A stretch of 27,652 nt of DNA, taken from NCBI GenBank assembly GCA_048772705.1, contig JBLWGC010000006.1:1-27652 (forward strand), written 5' to 3'. A program made the position numbers and the translations under genes. This document shows, piece after piece, positions 20,744 to 27,652 of this stretch (its first letter is position 1; each line of letters starts with the position of its first letter). The notes beneath the pieces were generated by a model. It was not told the origin of the DNA, did no database searches, and saw only the letters and a program-made list of their open reading frames with translations. Origin of the DNA: Leidyana gryllorum EB-2025a. Its lineage: Eukaryota > Protista > Apicomplexa.

Positions 20744-21795
20744 CTGGTAGCAGTGCGTCGTTGAGGTCTGGACCCGGCGCGGTCGGCCTCAACGACGCAC
20801 CCGCGGACGACGGACCCCCAGCGGAAGGAACGTACGACCGCTGCGCCGAATTACAACAGGTCGTAAATGCGGCCCAAAACCTCATACGCCAGATGGAGGC
20901 TCTTACCCAGTGCCCCATCAATGCGGCGGCCCCCACGCCGAAGGAAGGAACGGAACCGCTAGGAAGGGCAGAAGAGTCGCACTCCGCCCCGAGCCGACTA
21001 GCTCAGGCGGCTGTGAAGAAACAACCGGACTTCACCGGCGAAGATGCCGTTTCCGCTAGATCCTGGCTTGAAGCATGCGAAGCGAAGTTCGCCGCATTCG
21101 GCATCAGCAACCATACCGACCGCATACGCGCCCTCGGAACGATACTTGGCGGAAGCGCTGCAGAATGGTACGCGGACACCGTTGAGGAAGGACTAATGAC
21201 CACCTGGGAGACTTACAAGAAGCGTTTCCTGGCGGAATTCGAAACCCGAAGCGTCGCGGAAGACGATCTGACAGCTTGGGCCGATCTCCGCCGCTCGGGA
21301 ACGATGAGCCAATACATAGCACAAACTCGCACGCTCAAGCGTCGCTGCGGGAAAGACGTCACGGAACGGGGTGCCACGGCCTTCTTCTTCCGAGGACTCC
21401 GCCCCGAAGACCGTATTGCCTTAGCCGCTCATGCCGGGAAACCCTTTGACGAGCTCTGCCGAGCAGCCATACTCTGTGCGACGATCGCGGACCATCAGGC
21501 GCCAGCCATTACCACGGGGAGTTGTGTGAACGCAATCTCCGCCATGAATCGGCCGGAAGCCTCAAGACCGAGGACGGTGGGCAAGCGCTGCCGGTTCTCT
21601 CACGACCAGTGCACCAGCGAAGGAAGGTGCTATAACTGTGGTGAGATGGGACACCGCAATGCCCAGTGCCCCCAGCCGAGGGAACACAGACCTCGAACCC
21701 AACGACCTCGCACATTCGCCACCAACGTCCTGGAGGAACCGGATTTTCTCGACGGCCTGAACACGGAGGAGCTAGTGTCTCAGGCGGCGCAGTAG
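20671..21795 (+). CDS. gag: Element F Gag (374 aa from ATG 20671)
   Basis: PDFTGE...SWL...LGGSAAEWY...TWETYKKRFLAEF retrotransposon-Gag signature and CYNCGEMGHRNAQC knuckle. Confidence 0.94.
   Translation: MDAPMTLRNGREVTPATVDPPPGYTGSSASLRSGPGAVGLNDAPADDGPPAEGTYDRCAELQQVVNAAQNLIRQMEALTQCPINAAAPTPKEGTEPLGRAEESHSAPSRLAQAAVKKQPDFTGEDAVSARSWLEACEAKFAAFGISNHTDRIRALGTILGGSAAEWYADTVEEGLMTTWETYKKRFLAEFETRSVAEDDLTAWADLRRSGTMSQYIAQTRTLKRRCGKDVTERGATAFFFRGLRPEDRIALAAHAGKPFDELCRAAILCATIADHQAPAITTGSCVNAISAMNRPEASRPRTVGKRCRFSHDQCTSEGRCYNCGEMGHRNAQCPQPREHRPRTQRPRTFATNVLEEPDFLDGLNTEELVSQAAQ
20745..20755 (+). promoter_or_regulatory. PBS TGGTAGCAGTG, inside the gag reading frame
   Basis: Lies 1 nt after the LTR end and is absent after the 3' LTR. 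Confidence 0.88.
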
Positions 21796-24700
21796 GACCG
21801 GAACCCACCTTGACAGTTCGATGGATTCTGCGCAACCCTCGCTCCGACCTTGAAGTACCCGCGACCGTCCTGCTGGACACAGGCAGTAACACGAACTGCG
21901 TGAGCGCCAGCATGGTACACCGACTCGGCTTACTTACACACCCGTGCGCTGAACGGATCAGCACGCTCGCACCGACCGACACGCCTTGCAAAGAAGAAAC
22001 GGAACTCACGTTGAAAAGACGAGCATCCCAGCAGATGCCAATTCGCTGCCTTGTTGTACCCGACCTGCCCTACGACTTGATTGCATCGACTTCGACCATT
22101 CTCGCGCTTCGACTCCTCCTAGGACGCAATGCCGAAGGGAAGTTAACTCTTTTGGAGGGAAGGAGCTTACCTTCAGATGACATAGACCCCATGTGGCTGA
22201 AAGAAGACCCAAATCGCCCATCAGGCGGCTGTAGAGTGATGACAGCGGAAGCGAAGGACATGCTGGATACACCAACCTCCGAAACTTGGGTATTAGACGA
22301 TTTTCCCTCCGTATTCCTCCAAAACTTACCCATGCCACCACACAGAGCGCGAGTAGACCACGCCATCTACCTACACGACCCTACAACCTTACCATTCGTA
22401 CGCGCGCCTTACAAGGTCCCCCAACGATTCCTGGAAGAAATGAGGAAACAGATCACGGAACTCAGAACGGAGGGAAAGATTAGACTCAGCCTCTCGACCT
22501 GGGCCTCCCCGTGCTTATTCGTACCGAAGAAAGACACCAGCGTCCCACGCCTGGTGTGCGATTATCGAAGACTAAACCAAGCGACAGTGCGCATAGCGTC
22601 TCCGATGCCTTCGCTGGAGGAAGCCCTGCAGGTGTTGGCCGGGGCAACCATTTTCTCCACCCTGGACCTGAAGAGTGGATACCACCAAATACGAATGGAC
22701 CCCGACAGTTGTGCACTCACCGCGTTCTCCACACCGTGCGCCTGTTCGAATGGACTGTGATGCCCAACGGTTTAATGAACGCGCCGGCCACCTTTATGCT
22801 GCTGATGCGATTAGTCTTCCACGACATGATAGGGATTTTCGTCTTCGTTTACCTCGATGACGTCTTGATATTCTCGAAATCCCGCGAACAACATCGATCA
22901 CACCTGAGACAAGTATTGAGGAGACTACAGGAACACCAGCTGATAGCTCACCGGCGCAAGTCGCATTTCTTCCGCACGGAAGTGGACTACATCGGTCACC
23001 GAATCTCGGCACGAGGTATAATTCCCCTGACGGACCGAGTAGCGGCACTGCGATCTCTCCAAACGCCCAAAACACTGAAGGAAGCTCAAAGCTTTTTGGG
23101 ATCCTTTAATTACTATCGGCGGTTTATACCGCATTTCTCCGACATTGCGAAGCCTATCTACGAAGGAACCCATGGGCTCAAATCACCCAACGCACCACTG
23201 CCAGACGATCCAGCCATTTCAGCAGCCGTAAGGACCCTTAAGGATTCACTATCTCATACCATCTGCCTTTCCTTCCCGCGACCACAATGCCAAGAATTGT
23301 GGGTCACAACAGATGCAAGTGCAATCGCGCTAGGAGCAGTCCTGGAGCAAGAAGAGGAAGGATCTAGGGCCCCAATCGAGTTCTTCTCAAGAACACTGAC
23401 AGATGTCGAAAGACGATACGCCACCCACGAAAGAGAACTCTTGAGTATCGTCATGGCGTGCAAGCACTGGAGGCATCTCTTACTGGGGAGGAAGGTCATC
23501 ATCCAGACGGACCACAAACCGCTGACGCACATACTCAACCAGTCGCGTCTGACGGACCGCCAGATGAGATGGATCACGGTCCTGTCAGAGTTCGACTTGG
23601 ACATCCGTTACATACCAGGGGCGAACAACCTAATCGCCGATTTACTTAGCCGTCCGAATCCGCGAACGATCGAGATAAAAGCAAATCGACTCTTGGAGAT
23701 GAAGACGGGAGTTCCCTCACAACCCATAGGAGAGGCGACGGTGCTCGCGACACAAGCCGAGCCAACAAATCTGGAAGACCGACTTCGCCAAGCATGGGCC
23801 GAGAGGCGAGCCTCAATTGAGGATGCACCGGACGTTGAATGGATCGAAGGCCTGCCTATAGAACCGGACGGCGTCATACGCGTGCCGCCGGACCCGGAGA
23901 TCATCCGACTCATCATAGGGTACAATCATGACACCAGATTCGCCGGCCACCTAGGACCTGACAAGACGGCCGCTCGCATACGGTCTCTATTCAACTGGCG
24001 AGGGCTTCAAGCGGACACGATCCAATACTGCCACCAATGCGACATTTGTCAACGAGCCAAGAAACGTAACCACCACCCAGCGGGGCTGTTGAACCCCATC
24101 AAGTGCCCGATGTTCCCATGGGAGGATGTGGGACTGGACTTCTTGGAGTTACCCACAGACCCCGAGACCTCCTACGACTACGTCATGGTGGTCGTCGACC
24201 GTCTCACACGACGAATTCGACTCACCGCTGGCAACAAAACAATCACTGCCGCCGACACCGCCACACTATTCATCGAAAACATTGTCAAGATACACGGAAT
24301 CCCTCGCCGAATCCTAAGTGACCGGGATCCTAGGTTCACGTCAGCGGTGTGGCAAGAAATGATGACACAACTAGGGGCACAAGTGACGCTGACCACCGCT
24401 TACCATCCACAAACGAACGGGCTGGTGGAGAGGGCCAACCGTTCTATACTACAAATACTACGCTGCACGCTGGAAGGAATCGGCCATCGGTGGAGCCACC
24501 TTCTCACCGCGATCGAAATAGCCTACAACACGGCGAGACAGAGCTCCACTCGTTGCTCTCCTTTCGAATTGGACACAGGAAGGACGAATTTGGGACCACC
24601 ACGCCAGATACTCCCCGCGCAACACAGCCTCCCGTTCCGAGTCTACACCCAGAAGCTCCAGGAAGCGTCGGACCGTCTCGCTGAGGCCAGTGCGGCGCAG

Positions 24701-25327
24701 AAGAGACAAGCGGATAAAGGCAGGATAATGTTGAAGTTTCAACCCGGGGATCAAGTGCTACTGTCAACTCGCAACCTTCACCATGTACCGCCTAGGAAAC
24801 TCAACCTACCGTATTACGGACCCCTGACGGTGGTCACGGCCCACCAAGGCGACACTTACACACTGAACTGCCCGGAAGGATGGCACATACATCCGAAGTT
24901 TCACGTCTCCCGATTGGAGAAGTACGTCCAGCCGACCCAACCCATGACGAGACGGGACGACACTCAAGTACAGCAACCCACCGAACCACCGCCGTTATAC
25001 ATGATGGAACAGATCATTGGAGAACGGGTGAACCGTAGTGGCGAACTGGAGTACAAGGTGAAATGGTCAGGCTTCTCGGACTCGGAATGCACCTGGGAAC
25101 CCGCGCAGCATGTGCTAGAAGGAGACGGCGCCGACTTGATCTCGCGATTCCGCCACGACTGGAATCGCCGACACCCAGAAGCCCCCTACAACGAAGCGGG
25201 TGGGGAGGGATGTAACACTATGTTACCCGAACCCCAAGCCCCTCTACTGGACAGACCGACACAACTCAGTCCGGATGAAGGGACGGTCCTCGGAGGCCGC
25301 CTGCTACGCCAAAGGCGGATTGTATGA
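21741..25327 (+). pseudogene. pol: Element F pol (-1 frame to gag; one 1-nt deletion near 22740); extends 117 nt into the 3' LTR
   Basis: LLDTGS, FSTLDLKSGYHQ, YLDD, TTDAS, HDTRFAGH/CHQCDIC, LDFL/SDRD/ERAN, YYGPL, YMMEQI...VKWSGF...TWEP. Confidence 0.95.
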
Positions 25328-25589
25328 CGACATTTGGCCGCAGCCAATATGTCCACGTGTCTGTGTCTCCGTCTCGTGCCGGCCCGCGGGCCGGCACACA
25401 TACGGAGACACGGACCAGACAGACACAGAGATAGATCAGGATAGATCACGTGACTTACCTTTTTGTGTGCCCGCCGATTGACCGTGAACCTACCGATTTA
25501 ACTTACCAATACCACAATGGACGCACCCATGACGTTACGCAGGGGACGGGAAGTAACCCCCGCCACCGTGGACCCGCCGCCGGGTTACA
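25211..25589 (+). repeat. Element F 3' LTR (379 bp)
   Basis: Follows the purine tract ggggaggga and is followed by TSD CTAAG. Confidence 0.97.
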
Positions 25590-25594
25590 CTAAG

Positions 25595-27652
25595 TGTCCA
25601 GCCAGAATGGAAGTGTGAAATTCCTGCATAATTTCCTTTCGTAGCGTTTCCTCGGGTATCACCACTCTCCCTTCCGGTGAGAAGAGGATGCCTTCCTTTC
25701 TCGTGTGCTCTGGTGGGGTCTGTATGGCGGCGCAGGCCTCCTTTAGTCTTGCCATGAAGTCTGCGGTACACGTTGGAACTGTCGCGTTGTGTTCCTCCGG
25801 TGTGTGTGTGTCTTCCTCACATCCTGCCCCCTGTGTGGTTGTGACGTTCATGACCTGTTGTACTTCTCGGTACGTCGTCTGTTCGCTCCGGCTGAGTAGA
25901 TCTGCTAAGATGTTTTGTTCCCCCGGGATGTAGTCGATGGTGATAGGGAACTGGCTTATTTTGATGAGCCACCTGGTGATCTTGGGTTTCAGTTCTTTTA
26001 GATCCATTAGTGTTGTCAGTGGTTTATGGTCCGTTCTTGCCGTAAAGGGTCGGTTCATGAGGTAATACCTCCATCGTTTGACGGCTGCGTACAGTGCGAA
26101 CAATTCCCTTTCGTGCGTCGGCCATTTCTCTTCCGTTGGATTCAATTTTTTGCTGAAATTTTCAATGATCGTTATCGTGTCGTCCAGTGGATCTTTCTGT
26201 TCTAAGGTGGCCCCGATGCCCGTGAGGCTCGCATCCGTTGTCACTTGAAAGGGGTGATCTGGTTCACCGTCCCCAGCTTCAAGGTTGGTGAGAATGCATT
26301 GGTCAGTTGGGTCCATTCTAGTACTGTTTTCGGTGACCAGTTAATCTTGTCGGTAGGTTTGGTGGAATTCTTGATGATTTCGTGCATCGGAGCGCTCAGT
26401 AGGGCGAACTGGGCCACGAACCGGCTATAATAGGTCATTGCCCCCAGTTGAGTCCGCAGCTCCTTGACTGTATGTAGGGGTATGAGGTTCCGGAAGTTCT
26501 CAAGTCGTTTGGGGTCTGGTCGTATCCCGTTCTCGTCCAGTTGGTGTCCCACGAAGCCTATGGATGACACGAAGAATTCCGACTTCTTTGGGTGTATGAA
26601 CAGTTCATGTTTGCCCAGAATTTCCAGTACTTCGTTGACGTGGTGCGCGTGTTGCTCGACATTATGGCTGTAGATGAGTATATCATCGACGTATGCATAA
26701 ACCGACTTCCCAATAAGTGGTGCGAGTATCTCCGTAACGAACGCGACGAACGCACTCGGCGCATTCCTCAACCCGAAAGGCATCACATTATACTCGAATT
26801 TGCCCATTGGTGTCTGAAAAGCCGTGAGTTCTCTGCATTCCTCCCTGATGAGTATTTGATGAAATCCGGATTGTAGGTCAAGTTTGGAGAACACCTTGGC
26901 TCCCCGCATCTGGATGAGCATCTCCTCAATTCGCGGTAGTGGGAAGGCGTAGAAGATGGTCCGTCTGTTGAGGCGTTGATAATTGGTGACGAGTCGAGAG
27001 ACTGGTGTGTCTTTCTTGGGAACCATGAAGCATGGTGCTCCCCATGGTGATTTGGATCGGCGAATCTTCCCTGCCCTCAGTAGTTCATCTATTTGTTTGG
27101 TGAGTTCTTGGGTTTCTTTCTCTCTGAGGTGGTAGGGCGGTGTGCATATGGGTGGTCCTGGAGTGACTCTGATTTCGAAGTCATGGAAACCCCTGCTGGG
27201 TGGTAGTTGTGTCGGCGGGTGGAACAGGTTCGCAAATTTGTCCACTATCCATCCCTGGTCTCTGGGTATCTTGAGATTGAGGGCGTCGGTGTGTTCCTGT
27301 GGTCCTGAGTGTATGTTGTAGCAACCGGTGAGAGTACATTTCTCCACCACTGTGGTTATTCCTTCTGAGTTGCATCCTACTGCTAGGCCCGCCTTGTGGA
27401 AAGACGGTAAACCCAATATCATGTCTAGGCCAGTAAGTCTTGTGATGTGGGGTTGTAAGTGAATGTGTTGTGCTTGGTTGGTGACCAAAACTACTTCGCA
27501 TTGTCCCAGGGTTTCGATTCCCCCAATCGTGATGCGAATCTGTTTTGAGACCGGTATGTCGAGTCTCTGTGCTGTTGTGCTGTCGATGAGATCCGTGTCT
27601 GCTCCGCTATCCACGAGTACTATAACCGGTTCTTTTGAATATGTCGTTCTAG
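25595..27652 (-). pseudogene. pol: Element E pol 5' part (PR, RT, RNase H, start of integrase), frameshift near 26250-26300
   Basis: ORFs 27614-26241 and 26316-25585. The frame is open to the window end (RTTYSKEPVIVLVDSGAD). Confidence 0.93.

Larger units (their letters stand above)
20367..25589 (+). mobile_element. Element F: full-length, young chromovirus (5223 bp)
   Basis: Two LTRs differing by about 6 substitutions and one 2-bp indel, TSD CTAAG (20362-20366 and 25590-25594), PBS 20745-20755, purine tract before 25211, intact gag, and pol with a single 1-nt frameshift near 22740. Confidence 0.97.
18898..27652 (-). mobile_element. Element E: chromovirus running off the window end, with integrase interrupted by element F
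   Basis: LVDSGAD, YVDD, TTDAS, SILAGHL|GYTRT split by F, YMMEEV...IKWVGY...TWE. PPT agagggggaggag at 19125-19113, then the 3' LTR. Confidence 0.94.

Noticed and set aside
1-27652. CRISPR arrays, rRNA/tRNA genes or prokaryotic defence systems
   Set aside because: No regularly spaced repeats or RNA-gene signatures were seen. All reverse transcriptases sit within LTR-retrotransposon pol.

Overview
This eukaryotic window is about 94% occupied by a nested cluster of chromodomain-bearing Ty3/Gypsy (chromovirus-type) LTR retrotransposons. It holds six elements with internal coding sequence: A 446-5796 (+), B 6198-10622 (-) with an inverted copy of its own 5' end at 5805-6197, C 10623-13486 (+), D ~13487-17332 (+), E 18898->27652 (-), and the nearly intact F 20367-25589 (+) nested in E with a CTAAG TSD. 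There are also four solo LTRs with 5-bp TSDs, a probable LTR at 1-445, and a 1.56-kb host-like island (17333-18897) with two small Pro-rich genes, one with a 38-nt intron. The most striking pattern is that the LTRs are protein-coding. In eight complete, mutually divergent LTR types the Gag ATG lies inside the LTR. The terminal TAC-A is always read as Tyr (phase 1), and the PBS (TGGTAGCAGTG) is read as T-G-S-S. The LTR-encoded N-terminus often carries an MxLRS/NG(R) motif resembling the acidic-patch-binding motifs of KSHV LANA and IL-33. In the F clade the U3 end also encodes a Pol C-terminal tail (PLLDR...GGRLLRxR) conserved through synonymous changes. Other shared features are a GTGTCTCC/GGAGACAC LTR hairpin and a GGATTTT plus stem-loop -1 frameshift signal. 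In element A the frameshift cassette sits in an exact 187-bp inversion bounded by 6-bp inverted repeats.
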